DNA of 64,000 bases. Origin: Histomonas meleagridis 2922-C6/04-290x. Its lineage: Eukaryota > Protista > Parabasalia. The position numbers were made by a program, and so were the translations under genes. Positions 49,769 to 59,828 of the stretch are shown one piece after another. Under the pieces are notes generated by a model, which was given only the letters and a program-made list of their open reading frames with translations, made no database searches and was not told where the DNA came from. Numbering within the stretch: position 1 is the stretch's first letter; each line of letters starts with the position of its first letter. The DNA is taken from the NCBI GenBank assembly GCA_020184695.1, contig JAANOX010000121.1, forward strand, positions 133,279 through 197,278. The letters are read 5' to 3'.

Positions 49769-51148
49769 TTAAAGTTCCGAGGAAACTTCGTCCAATATCC
49801 TTTCTATATCCTTTATCTTCTTTTCATTATATTTCGGTACCTTTGATGGCTTCATTGCGTTACTTCTAATGAAAGTGAGTATTGATTCATAATCGCGCTC
49901 ACCTTCGTACATTACTGGCATACCATTTTTTTCGTTTGCCTTAAAGAAGTATATTGTTGGGTAACCTTGTGTATCTGGGTAATCTACCAAAACGTCATTT
50001 TTATCTTCGTCTATATAATAAACTCTTACGTTTGATTTTTTAAGGTATCTAGAAAGCACCTCAGCTGTTCTCTTAAACTCCTTTGAGTAATTACACCAAG
50101 AAGCAGTGATTGCTAGAAGTATATCATCGCCCTTTTGATTGAACTTTTCAACGAGGGTGCCCCCGACGGTTTTGGCGGTTTCCTCCTTTGAGGGAATTTC
50201 CTCGCTGTAAACATATGGCTTCTCCTGGCCCTTCTGGATCCTTGCGATGAAGGCGTCAAGGTACTTCTCGTCGTTATATTGTTCGGGATCAAACACAAAA
50301 TAACGATTAGTTTTAAGATTAGTACTATTTAAGATGAAGAAAAATGGCTTTTGAGGTGAACGAAGTTTTGTGAGTTTGATAATACTATTTGAAAGTTTAC
50401 CATGTGATCCAAAGAAGTCTATGTAAGGCCCATATTTGTTCCCTAAGCGACTAAGAATATTATAATGCTTCTCACAAAGAGTTGAATTATGCCCATCCAT
50501 TATATAACCGCCGATTAACGGTTTCGTTGTCAAACCAATGTCAAAAATGGAAATAATTGAGGAAAAAGTTTGTTCGTAACCAATATATGTGTTGTACTCA
50601 AGCAGCTGTCTCTCAGGAGCTTTGTAGTAGTAAAATCCTTTTGTGACATTAAGATTGAGAAGTGAGAATAAAGAAGAATTCACAGAATATACAATCGCAT
50701 CTTCAGGAAAGTTTGTGGGAATCTCGGCGCCATCAACAGAAAAGGATGATGGAAATTCGTTATAAAGTATGAAACGTAACTGCTCAATGGAATTGATTGT
50801 GACATTGTGTGGATTGGCAACGCTTTTAAGCCAGTTGATGAAAAATAAAGGACTGATAATTGAGTCACCGATTCGCATTCGTTTTCCATTCATAAATGGA
50901 ACAACACATGGAAATTGATTACATTGAGATGGTTCAGGTGGAGAAAGAACAAAACTAATTTGGTCTTTGTACATTGTAATTCCTTGACTTAGAACATTAA
51001 CATCCTCTGGTTTTTCAGTAAATAATACAACAGTCTTTGGATGAGAAGTAATAAAATCAACAAGCTCTTGGCCAGAAAGATTTTGGAGTCCTGGAATTTC
51101 ACCGACTGGTTGTTTCAATCTTAAAAAAAGGAGGAATACAAGAAGCAT
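49769..51148 (-). CDS. Protein disulfide isomerase-like thioredoxin-domain ER protein
   Basis: Signal peptide; C-terminal Trx domain ASWCNYSK (CxxS), GYPTIYFF, YEGERD; ends in SSEL; Inr-like TCAGT before ATG. Confidence 0.8.
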   Translation of the reverse strand: MLLVFLLFLRLKQPVGEIPGLQNLSGQELVDFITSHPKTVVLFTEKPEDVNVLSQGITMYKDQISFVLSPPEPSQCNQFPCVVPFMNGKRMRIGDSIISPLFFINWLKSVANPHNVTINSIEQLRFILYNEFPSSFSVDGAEIPTNFPEDAIVYSVNSSLFSLLNLNVTKGFYYYKAPERQLLEYNTYIGYEQTFSSIISIFDIGLTTKPLIGGYIMDGHNSTLCEKHYNILSRLGNKYGPYIDFFGSHGKLSNSIIKLTKLRSPQKPFFFILNSTNLKTNRYFVFDPEQYNDEKYLDAFIARIQKGQEKPYVYSEEIPSKEETAKTVGGTLVEKFNQKGDDILLAITASWCNYSKEFKRTAEVLSRYLKKSNVRVYYIDEDKNDVLVDYPDTQGYPTIYFFKANEKNGMPVMYEGERDYESILTFIRSNAMKPSKVPKYNEKKIKDIERILDEVSSEL

Positions 51149-51370
51149 CACTGATTTCAGATTTGTAAAACTTTTTGGTAATAAAACCGTTTTTGCTATT
51201 TGCTTCAGTTGAGATCAAAGTGCATTTTGATATGAAAAATTAATTTATGCATCCAAAATATCTTTAACAAATGTGCATAACTGAAAATAATAATATATTT
51301 TACTGTGATATTTATTTTGGGATATTGAGATGGCATTGATATTTTAAATGTCAAAAAGAAATTAATTTCG

Positions 51371-51396
51371 TATATATATATATATATATATATATA
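51371..51396. repeat. (TA)13 microsatellite
   Basis: Counted directly. Confidence 0.95.
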
Positions 51397-51634
51397 TTAT
51401 GCATTTATATAGTTCAAGAGAGAACATGATGAAGTTCTTATAATTATATTCATACATTGATCGACCTTTTTCTCTTATTAAAAGCAGTAAGTGAATGTGG
51501 GTACATTATTGCAAATTATGTAACATTATATTCAAAAACTAATATTTAGACAATGTCTTGTATTGTTTACTTAAGTTTTGTGTCTCGTTTTTTCATATAC
51601 AGGTGATGATCATTGTTATATTATTTTCATACTA

Positions 51635-52870
51635 ATGAGAATGATTTCTTTTATGTTTTATCTTTTTACAATTCAAACATTTGAAATATTTGATAATAGA
51701 ACAAAAACACTTACATTAAAAACACAAAAAGATTTTGCAAATGTAACATATTATAAAAAAGAAACATTATTTTTAATTATAGAGGGTGAAATTACTACAA
51801 TACCAAATTCTACATTCAAAGGTTGGAGTAATCTAGCATCTGTTAAAATTGGTAACTCAGTAACTTTAATTGATAAGTTTGCATTTTCTAGTTGCAAAAA
51901 TTTATCAAATGCTACTTTAGGTGAAAATGTTATCACAATTGCAGAAAGCGCATTTTATAGATGCACAAAATTATCAAATGTAATTCTTGGAAATAAATTA
52001 ACTAAAATTGGTCAGAAAACATTTGCCTCTTGTACTTCTCTTAAAAATATTGAAATTCCAAGTTCATTAACTGTTATTAATGTTTCTGTTTTTGATAGTT
52101 GTTCTAATTTATCAGTTGTTATTATAGGTGAAAATGTGGTTTCAATTGAGGCAAAAGCATTTTACTTATGTACATCTCTAAATTGTCTTTATTATTATGG
52201 CCACTCGGAACCTAATATTAGTAATGATGCATTTAATGGTTCTCCTATCAAATGTGTAATGACATTAGATTCGTATAATTCAACAAAATTTAGTAAACTT
52301 ATTGTATCAAAAGGAACAACAATCGAAAATTGTAATCCATGGCCAACACATCCATTTACACAATCTAACATATATACACAATCTAACATATATACACAAT
52401 CTAACATATATACACAATCTAACTCAAATACACAATCTAACATATATACACAATCTAACATATATACACAATCTAACATATATACACAATCTAACTCATA
52501 TACACAATCTAACATATATACACAATCTAACTCATATACACAATCTAACTCAAATACACAATCTAACTCAAATACACAATCTAACTCAAATACACAATCT
52601 AACTCAAATACACAATCTAACTCAAATACACAATCTAACTCAAATACACAATCTAACTCAAATACACAATCTAACTCAAATACACGATCGAATGCATTTA
52701 CAACAGCAAATGCATCTTCTGTAACATATACAAATTCTAACATATATTCTAATTCAATCACGAACTCAAATATTACATCAAATTCATTTCCATTAAGATC
52801 TACTTCAAAAACTGTTATACTTGCTTTTGGTGCAAGTATTATTTCTTTATTATTCTTAATTTTATTTTAA
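51635..52870 (+). CDS. BspA-like (TpLRR) surface protein, copy B
   Basis: Signal peptide, TpLRR repeats, TQSN stalk, hydrophobic C-terminus; ATG 51635 or 51641 preferred over the computed TTG. Confidence 0.9.
   Translation: MRMISFMFYLFTIQTFEIFDNRTKTLTLKTQKDFANVTYYKKETLFLIIEGEITTIPNSTFKGWSNLASVKIGNSVTLIDKFAFSSCKNLSNATLGENVITIAESAFYRCTKLSNVILGNKLTKIGQKTFASCTSLKNIEIPSSLTVINVSVFDSCSNLSVVIIGENVVSIEAKAFYLCTSLNCLYYYGHSEPNISNDAFNGSPIKCVMTLDSYNSTKFSKLIVSKGTTIENCNPWPTHPFTQSNIYTQSNIYTQSNIYTQSNSNTQSNIYTQSNIYTQSNIYTQSNSYTQSNIYTQSNSYTQSNSNTQSNSNTQSNSNTQSNSNTQSNSNTQSNSNTQSNSNTQSNSNTRSNAFTTANASSVTYTNSNIYSNSITNSNITSNSFPLRSTSKTVILAFGASIISLLFLILF
52358..52699 (+). repeat. 18-nt coding VNTR: 18 TQSN(IY/SN/SY) units plus one TRSNAF
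   Basis: ACACAATCTAAC(ATATAT/TCAAAT/TCATAT); 324 nt = 18 x 18, plus one degenerate unit. Confidence 0.95.
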
Positions 52871-53311
52871 TAATCATTCATAATATTTTTAGATATCGAA
52901 GAAGAAAAAGACAACAACAGTAAATGATATCATCAAATTGATGTAATTCAACCTTTAAAATAAAATGAAGAGTTCTCTAAAACATAAATAAAGGGAAGTA
53001 TTACTTAAATCCTTTAAAAAATTATTAATATAAGTTTTGTGTGGGTTAAGAAAAAAAATTAATAAAATAAATTCTACATATATTTAATTATTAATTATCA
53101 TTTACATTATAAAAATATTGTAATGTAACTGATTTGTGAGAATATTTATTTAATGAGATAAAATTAAAAATAATATGATAAGCACAAACTTTTACTATAA
53201 ATGAAAAAATATGTTTATTTTTATTATCAAATTTTTTGTAGTTTATAAGAAAAAAAATTTAAAATAAATATGAAACAAATGGTATTTATCAGGCAAAAAA
53301 TTAGTTGCTAT

Positions 53312-54910
53312 TTATTCATTGTCAGATTTATTTTGTTTAATTTCTTTTTCTTCTTCTTTTTCTTTTTCATTTTTAATGTTTTCATCTTCATTTGTTTTAT
53401 TTTCTTCTTCATTTATTTTTATGATATTATTTCCAATAATTTTACCTTTTTCTTCAATTAAATTTTTATTTTCTTTAAATATTGTAAAAATTAAAATTGG
53501 TATTGATGCAACAGATAAAGAAATAAGGATTACAGCTATTTGATTATTTTCATATATATTTCTTATTGATTTATTATTTCTTTTTTCTGATTGTGAATTA
53601 TTTGTTAGTTCATTTTGTTTTCCTTCTTTATTTGATTTTTCTTTTCGACTTTCTTCTAACCTTTCTTTAATTTCGATTTCTTTTAAATCTTTTTCTTGTT
53701 TTATAAATTTTGGAATAAAATGTTCTTCATTCCATTTTCTCACTGATTCTTCATCTGTTGAAATTAATATATTATTAAATCCTAAGTCATTATTAACTTC
53801 CCATAATTCAAATCCAGCACCATAAATTAAAGGGAAATTATGTGGATGTAAATCTTCAAAATATACTGGATTTAGAATTTGTTTTGGCTTCCATTCTCCA
53901 ATGAATTTAGGGTTTCCTATACGTGGAGCTTCCCATATTCCTTTCCATTTTGGATTTGGTATGAAAGGTGGTTCATATTTTCCACATCCAATTGCATTTA
54001 CGCATTTTGGATTCTCAATTAATGGAGCTTCCCATTCACCATGAATTTCATCATCCCAATCATCAGGTTTAACTGATTTAGGATTATGAATATATTTGGG
54101 TTCATTTAATAACCAGCCATCTGGTGGTGTAGTTTGATTTGGATCAGGGATAAATTCTGGTTCATCATCCCAATCATCTGGTTTCTTAGCATTTGGATCA
54201 GGAATTGTTTCTTCATCAACCCAATTTGCGGGTTTGATATCATTTGGATCATCAATATATTTTGGTGGATTTACAGGTGGATGAATGTCTTCAAGAAGAT
54301 TACCATTAAAAGATGAATTTCCATCAATGAGAATTTCAAATGAATTATTAGGACGAATTATTAATGTATAAAGATGTGTAAGTGTATTTCTTTTGATTAC
54401 TACGTATTCGTTCATATGTTTCTCACTAATTTTACCAGTAATTGGATTTTTATATGTGAAAATAAAATGAACTTGATTATTTGAACCACATTTATCAGGA
54501 CCAAACATTATGATATATTTGGTTTCATTTGAAAATGTAGTTGGCATAAAGTCTTCTTCGCCAATAAGTTTAATATATGCACCTCCACAATCAAAATATT
54601 TTTGATACCGAAATTCATATTGTAATACAAGTGTTTTCTCTGTTAAATCAAGAGGTTCTTTGAATTTAGTAGAAAGTCCATAGTAAGCCTTTTCATCTTT
54701 AATATATATCATCTTTTCACCTGGATATGTTTGAGGTGGCTTTGATTCTTTTACTTCCCATTCTCCAGTATAGTTAGGAAGTGTAGTTATAATCCATTTG
54801 TTTCTCCAATTTAAATCATTAAAAGATTGGAAAAGGAAAATATTTCCTTCTGGTTTTAATGGAATTTCTGCATTATGATGAATAGCAAAAATTCCTATAA
54901 CAAAATACAT
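53312..54910 (-). CDS. CANX: Calnexin
   Basis: LVLQYEFRYQ..DCGGAYIKL, IMFGPDKCG, P-domain repeats (IDDPNDIKPANW, KPDDWD, GEWEAP, GIWEAP, GEWKP), GAGFELW, single TM and acidic tail. Confidence 0.92.
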   Translation of the reverse strand: MYFVIGIFAIHHNAEIPLKPEGNIFLFQSFNDLNWRNKWIITTLPNYTGEWEVKESKPPQTYPGEKMIYIKDEKAYYGLSTKFKEPLDLTEKTLVLQYEFRYQKYFDCGGAYIKLIGEEDFMPTTFSNETKYIIMFGPDKCGSNNQVHFIFTYKNPITGKISEKHMNEYVVIKRNTLTHLYTLIIRPNNSFEILIDGNSSFNGNLLEDIHPPVNPPKYIDDPNDIKPANWVDEETIPDPNAKKPDDWDDEPEFIPDPNQTTPPDGWLLNEPKYIHNPKSVKPDDWDDEIHGEWEAPLIENPKCVNAIGCGKYEPPFIPNPKWKGIWEAPRIGNPKFIGEWKPKQILNPVYFEDLHPHNFPLIYGAGFELWEVNNDLGFNNILISTDEESVRKWNEEHFIPKFIKQEKDLKEIEIKERLEESRKEKSNKEGKQNELTNNSQSEKRNNKSIRNIYENNQIAVILISLSVASIPILIFTIFKENKNLIEEKGKIIGNNIIKINEEENKTNEDENIKNEKEKEEEKEIKQNKSDNE

Positions 54911-55480
54911 ATTAAAAAATAATGTTTGTTTTTGATAAGACAGATTTAGATCAATATAGATAATATAAAATCACTTTTTTTTACTAATTTTAAAATGCTT
55001 TTTCGATTTCTTAAGGATATGATATTTTTACAGAAGATTTTAAATTATAGTTCTTAAAAAACTTAGCTAAGATCTTTATTCATGAAAAATGAAAACATAA
55101 AGAACTAGTTTGGTCAAAAAGATATTTTTTGGTTTGCTTTGTGCATTAAAGTTAAGAATTTGCTTATATATAAATAACATAAATGGATTGCTTCAAGATA
55201 TAGTTAACTAAATAATTAAATACTTATTACACAGGTGGGTTCTTTTTTATTTGAACAAATACAAAATATACTGAGTCTTTTATATCAGAATGTTTAATAT
55301 GTAATCAGAATTATCATAATACTTTTGCTTTGCCTAAACTTCCGAAATCAATAGGTACATATTGTTTATCACTTAAAACATTTATAACTTAAAATCTTAG
55401 AGTAATTAGTAAAAATTAAAAAAATTCCAGAAACGAAAACAGACCTTGTCAAAAATTGTTTTCTGGTTTATTGAATTTAA

Positions 55481-55507
55481 AGCGGTTTTGACAATGGTCG
55501 AGCCTTT
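55481..55507 (+). promoter_or_regulatory. M3 + M5-like core promoter of ubiquitin-L40
   Basis: AGCGGTTT (55481-55488) and CCTTT (55503-55507), 6 nt before ATG. Confidence 0.65.
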
Positions 55508-55513
55508 GTCAAT

Positions 55514-55915
55514 ATGCAAATCTTTGTAAAAACACTTACAGGAAAGCATATCACACTTGAAGTTGAACCAACAGATCGCATTGAAGATGTTAAGTCCAAG
55601 ATTCAAGATAAGGAAGGTATTCCTCCAGATCAACAACGTTTGATTTTTGCTGGTAAGCAATTGGAAGACGGTAACACACTTCAAGATTATTCCATCCAAA
55701 AGGATTCAACACTCCACCTTGTTCTCCGTCTTCGTGGTGGCGGTGGTAAGGATAGCTATGAACCATCACTTCGTCTTCTTGCAGAAAAAACAAACGTCCA
55801 ACGTAGAATTTGCCGTAAATGCTATGCTCGTCTTTCTGCTCGTGCTGAACAATGCCGTCATAAACGCTGTGGACATTGTAAGAAGATCCGCGCTAAGAAG
55901 GCTGGAAAGGATTAA
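55514..55915 (+). CDS. UBA52: Ubiquitin-60S ribosomal protein L40 fusion
   Basis: Ubiquitin ending LRLRGG followed by EPSL...CRKCYARL...C zinc finger of eL40. Confidence 0.96.
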   Translation: MQIFVKTLTGKHITLEVEPTDRIEDVKSKIQDKEGIPPDQQRLIFAGKQLEDGNTLQDYSIQKDSTLHLVLRLRGGGGKDSYEPSLRLLAEKTNVQRRICRKCYARLSARAEQCRHKRCGHCKKIRAKKAGKD

Positions 55916-56310
55916 ATCTAAGTAAAAGTCTTTTAATCAAAGTTATACATAAAGTACAGTCGATATCAATATACGCTATTTCATTATAAAAATGGAAACA
56001 ATAATTCATTCACATAGATCTACAATTCAATTTCGAGAAAAAAAAAATAATTCAACGCGTTGTTAATGATAAGTTTTTTGTCAAAATGAGAAAAAAAGAA
56101 CATGCTTGATAAACCCTGAAATGTTAATAACCAATATTGATTATAGAAATATTTCCTTTCATTGGAATTTTTATAGTCAAGGTCAACATATGGGAAAAAT
56201 AATAATCTTATTGTTCATGTGCTACTAACAGAATGTTCTGATTTAAAACTTTGAAGAACAATAGGAATAAAGTTCAGAATTCTTCTTTGACTTCGTACGT
56301 TTATTATTTA

Positions 56311-56508
56311 ATGTCTTCCAGAGAAAACATTGATTTGTCTAACATCAGCGATGAAACAACTGTTGAAGAGTACCTCAAAATGCAATGTGATGAACAGATA
56401 GAAAGGCTTAGAAAACATTCAGAAGATTTAGTTTCACAATTTGAAAAAGAATCAGCAGAAGTTCGAGAGAAACTTGTGCAAAGACTTAGTTCACCAACCA
56501 ATCCATAA
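56311..56508 (+). CDS. Small coiled-coil hypothetical protein (65 aa)
   Basis: ATG at 56311; coding-like composition relative to the flanks. Confidence 0.55.
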   Translation: MSSRENIDLSNISDETTVEEYLKMQCDEQIERLRKHSEDLVSQFEKESAEVREKLVQRLSSPTNP

Positions 56509-57026
56509 GAATTATTAAAGATGTCTATGACCCTCATTTTTACCATTTTTTTTCCCGTTTATTTTAAAATACCTTGATTAAATGTTTTTCAAATTTTTAT
56601 ACACAGCCAGAAAACTATTATGAATTAATAGATCATTGTTTTAATCATACTCCTAAATTTTTATTATAGTTGAATTGAAGATTTAAATTTGTATTTTTGT
56701 TTTTGTTTTTCATAACAATCTAAGAATCTAACAACATAAAGAAACTTTTAAAGAAGCATTCTTAACAAAATATATACATTCTGAAAAGGATAATTTAATT
56801 TTTATGTTATGTTTAACATTGGTATTGCATATTATTCTCTTAAATTAATAATTCTCTTTGATTATTGTTATGTATTTACAAATAAGTACAAATACTATGT
56901 TATTGGTCAGCTTATACTGCAAATACTATTCTGTAAATTCATGGAAATGTAAACGTACATTCATCGACACTTTTTCAATAATGGGACTTCACAAGTCAAA
57001 ACCGAAACGGAAACTATTTGTGGCTA

Positions 57027-57494
57027 ATGAGTACTGCAAAACCACTTATTTCATCATGGGTTCCAAAAGTTCCAGACCATACCGATAACAACGTCCGGTT
57101 CCAAAAATTAACTTCGCTGTTAAATTCTTCAAGCCATCCCGTTGCCAACAATTGTAATTCCCATACACCTCAACTAACACCAAGTCATACAAGAAGCCTC
57201 AACACATCAACATTGATGACAACATCTTCACAAGCTCCTCAAACATTTTCAACACGACCAACAATGCATTCCTTCAGAACCTCAAGCACTCGTTGGGGTC
57301 GCCCTTGCTTTGATTCTAGGAGTAAAGCATTAGATTTATTTTCTATGGAAAATAAGCCAAAAATTAAACAAGAAAATCCGACAGCCTCACAACAAGAAAT
57401 CAACCGTATATTGAATGATCTTTGGAAGAGCCTTTCAGAAGGAGAAATTAATGCTTACACGAACAAGGCTAATTTCTACTATTATTTTTCATAA
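57027..57494 (+). CDS. HMG-box protein
   Basis: S/T/P-rich N-terminus, then ALDLFSMENKPKIKQENPTASQQEINRILNDLWKSLSEGEINAYTNKA (HMG box). Confidence 0.8.
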   Translation: MSTAKPLISSWVPKVPDHTDNNVRFQKLTSLLNSSSHPVANNCNSHTPQLTPSHTRSLNTSTLMTTSSQAPQTFSTRPTMHSFRTSSTRWGRPCFDSRSKALDLFSMENKPKIKQENPTASQQEINRILNDLWKSLSEGEINAYTNKANFYYYFS

Positions 57495-58054
57495 ACGTTC
57501 CAATTAATAAAAAATAATTTTTTTTAAATGTAAACATTAGTATATTGACATATCAAAGTGATAACACTAAGAAATGCATTCCAACAACACAATGAATAAG
57601 AAGTTCTACTAAAAAAAAAAAAAACGATAAAATGAAAGTAAAGGAATTTTTTTTAAAATGATTTCTTAATGGACTGAGATGGAAATCATGTAAACAAACA
57701 AAAAAATCTGTACTAAAAGTGAAAATATATATTGTATTTTATATGTTTTGCGATTAGAAAAATTTTAACGTGTTATCCTTGTTAGAGAAAATTGTTTAAT
57801 CAAATAATGACAAGAAAATTGCTAAATGAAAATATAAAGTGGTTTCCCAAACACTCCAGTTTTTGAATATAAATACGATAATTTTTCATTCATTCAATTC
57901 TATCGTTAGGAATCTTTAAATATTTTTGGAATAGAAAAAAGATACAAACTGATAAGAATATAGAAACATTTAAAAAAAATACGCTTCGATAGGCAAGTTT
58001 AAATTTAAAATAAAAAATCTTGTAACAAAAATCTAGAGGTTATTGTTTTGGCAG

Positions 58055-58636
58055 TTAGCTTTTGGGGGAAGCAGCACCTATCTTTGGAGGACCTATAGTT
58101 GGAGGACCAATCTTAGGTGGGCCTATTGTTGGAGGGCCGATTTTTGGTGGTCCAATCTTTGGAGGTCCAATTGTTGGTGGACCGATCTTCGGAGGACCGA
58201 TGCTTGGTGGAGCGAGTCTTGGAGGCCCACTTATTGATGGCGTAACATTTGGAGAACTAAGTGAAGGAGGACCAAGTCTTGGCGGACCTGCCATTTGCGG
58301 TACAGTTGGTGGTGCAGCGATTTTTGGTGGACCTTGAGGGATAGTAGGTGGAGGAACGATAGATGTTGTTTTAATTTGGCTAATGGGTAATGTTGATCCC
58401 GAGGCAAAATTTGTGGGCTGTAATGTCGGAGCTTTCCGTTCATATGTAACAGTTGATGATTCTCCTTCATCTTGATTTGAGTTCCCTTGTTTCAAATTGC
58501 TTGAGAGAAACCGAGCATAATATGCTTGTAAAGATGCTCTGTGTTTCCAACCAACTAAGTGATCTCGTCGTGACCTCAAACTGTTGTGAACTAAAAAAAC
58601 ATCGCAATATGGACAATATGCTCTCTTTCTACCCAT
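58055..58636 (-). CDS. SNRPC: U1 snRNP protein C-like (zf-U1 + proline-rich tail)
   Basis: YCPYCDVFLVHNSLRSRRDHLVGWKH...YY matches the U1C matrin-type finger at the extreme N-terminus; Pro-rich tail. Confidence 0.7.
   Translation of the reverse strand: MGRKRAYCPYCDVFLVHNSLRSRRDHLVGWKHRASLQAYYARFLSSNLKQGNSNQDEGESSTVTYERKAPTLQPTNFASGSTLPISQIKTTSIVPPPTIPQGPPKIAAPPTVPQMAGPPRLGPPSLSSPNVTPSISGPPRLAPPSIGPPKIGPPTIGPPKIGPPKIGPPTIGPPKIGPPTIGPPKIGAASPKS
58075..58290 (-). repeat. 15-nt coding repeat (GPPKI/GPPTI/GPPRL)
   Basis: About 12 pentapeptide units with diverse synonymous codons. Confidence 0.85.
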
Positions 58637-58714
58637 TTTTTATAAAGCTCAAATAATTGTTAGTAAAATTGAAAACCGTTTAGACCATTTCATTTGGATT
58701 TGTCCCACCCCAAA

Positions 58715-58728
58715 CATATTAACGGCCG
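58715..58728. promoter_or_regulatory. CATATTAACGGCCG motif in the divergent U1C/RRM promoter
   Basis: Identical to 30324-30337. Confidence 0.6.
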
Positions 58729-58810
58729 TAATGAAATTCACAAATTAGTTTTCTAAATCAAATGGAGTGCCCGAAAAATTGACTCAACATTGGCCATCCA
58801 AACATAAGAG

Positions 58811-59521
58811 ATGTCTGAAAAAAAAGGTGCTGAAGCTCTAATGAAAATGGCACAAGCAAACATGAATAAAAAGAAGAAAGATAAGGGAAAATCTAAGGCA
58901 AATAAAAACAAGAAAAGCCAAGATGCTTTAAATCAATTTTTGAATTCTTCAACTCCACAAACAGGACCAAGAAGAACAACAAGCACAGAGTTTAACTCAC
59001 ATGAAAGTCGCCCTAAAATTGTTAAATCAAATCGAGTTTTAGGTATTCTTGCAACAACAGGAAATACACAAATCGAAGAAAGTGATGTAAAACGCATATT
59101 TAGTGACCTTAACCTTAAATCGGTTGAAACATTCCCAGGATACTTCATTATTGAATTTCAAGATAAAGGAGATTTACTTGCTGCACTTAAGAAGAACAAG
59201 ACTACATACAGAAATAATATAACCATATTAATAGGTGAATATAGTGAAGCTGATGAATATCCTGTTCCTCGACAACATGATGATGATTATGGATATAATA
59301 GGTCTGATAACCGTAGGGATAATTATAGCAGAGACAATTACTCAAGAGACAATTATAGAGATAATTACAGCAGAGATAGTTATGGCCGAAAACCATTTGG
59401 TTTTCAACCCAAACAAGAGATCTCCTTTACATTTGGTACCAAAACGCAAGCATCAATTCCCCAAGAAAAAACACAAGAAGAAAATAAAGGAGGCAAATAC
59501 ATACCTCCTCACAAAAAGTAA
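58811..59521 (+). CDS. RRM protein, eIF4B/4H-like
   Basis: RRM-like segment (IEESDVKRIFSDLNLKSV...YFIIEFQDKGDLLAAL), RDNYS repeats reminiscent of the eIF4B DRYG region, C-terminal KYIPPH. Confidence 0.55.
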   Translation: MSEKKGAEALMKMAQANMNKKKKDKGKSKANKNKKSQDALNQFLNSSTPQTGPRRTTSTEFNSHESRPKIVKSNRVLGILATTGNTQIEESDVKRIFSDLNLKSVETFPGYFIIEFQDKGDLLAALKKNKTTYRNNITILIGEYSEADEYPVPRQHDDDYGYNRSDNRRDNYSRDNYSRDNYRDNYSRDSYGRKPFGFQPKQEISFTFGTKTQASIPQEKTQEENKGGKYIPPHKK

Positions 59522-59828
59522 AATAATTTTTTATTTTAAACTTCTAAACGGTCGAGTTTGACTAAAGCATTTTGATAAACTTTTTATTGGTGTTTTTATA
59601 CCCTATATAGATAAATTCAATCATTTTTCTTTCTTGATGAATTGCAAATTATTATTATTCTTATTATTGTTAATTAAATTTTCTCAAAAAAAAAGATTTA
59701 AGTTTTATATAAAGAGATAATTTCAAAAAACTTGAAAAAGATTTAGTGTTGTAATTCAATTTATTTATGTTATAGAAATGATATTGATTACTGTTATTGT
59801 TTTTAGAATATAAAAACAAAAATGATAT

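Noticed and set aside
52358-52699. CRISPR-like array
   Set aside because: Head-to-tail coding repeats with no unique spacers, in a eukaryotic gene.
52195-52761. Antisense and alternate-frame ORFs (ELDCVF and HNLTQI repeats; also 14015-14328 and 59903-60222)
   Set aside because: Shadows of the stop-free 18-nt VNTR in BspA genes.
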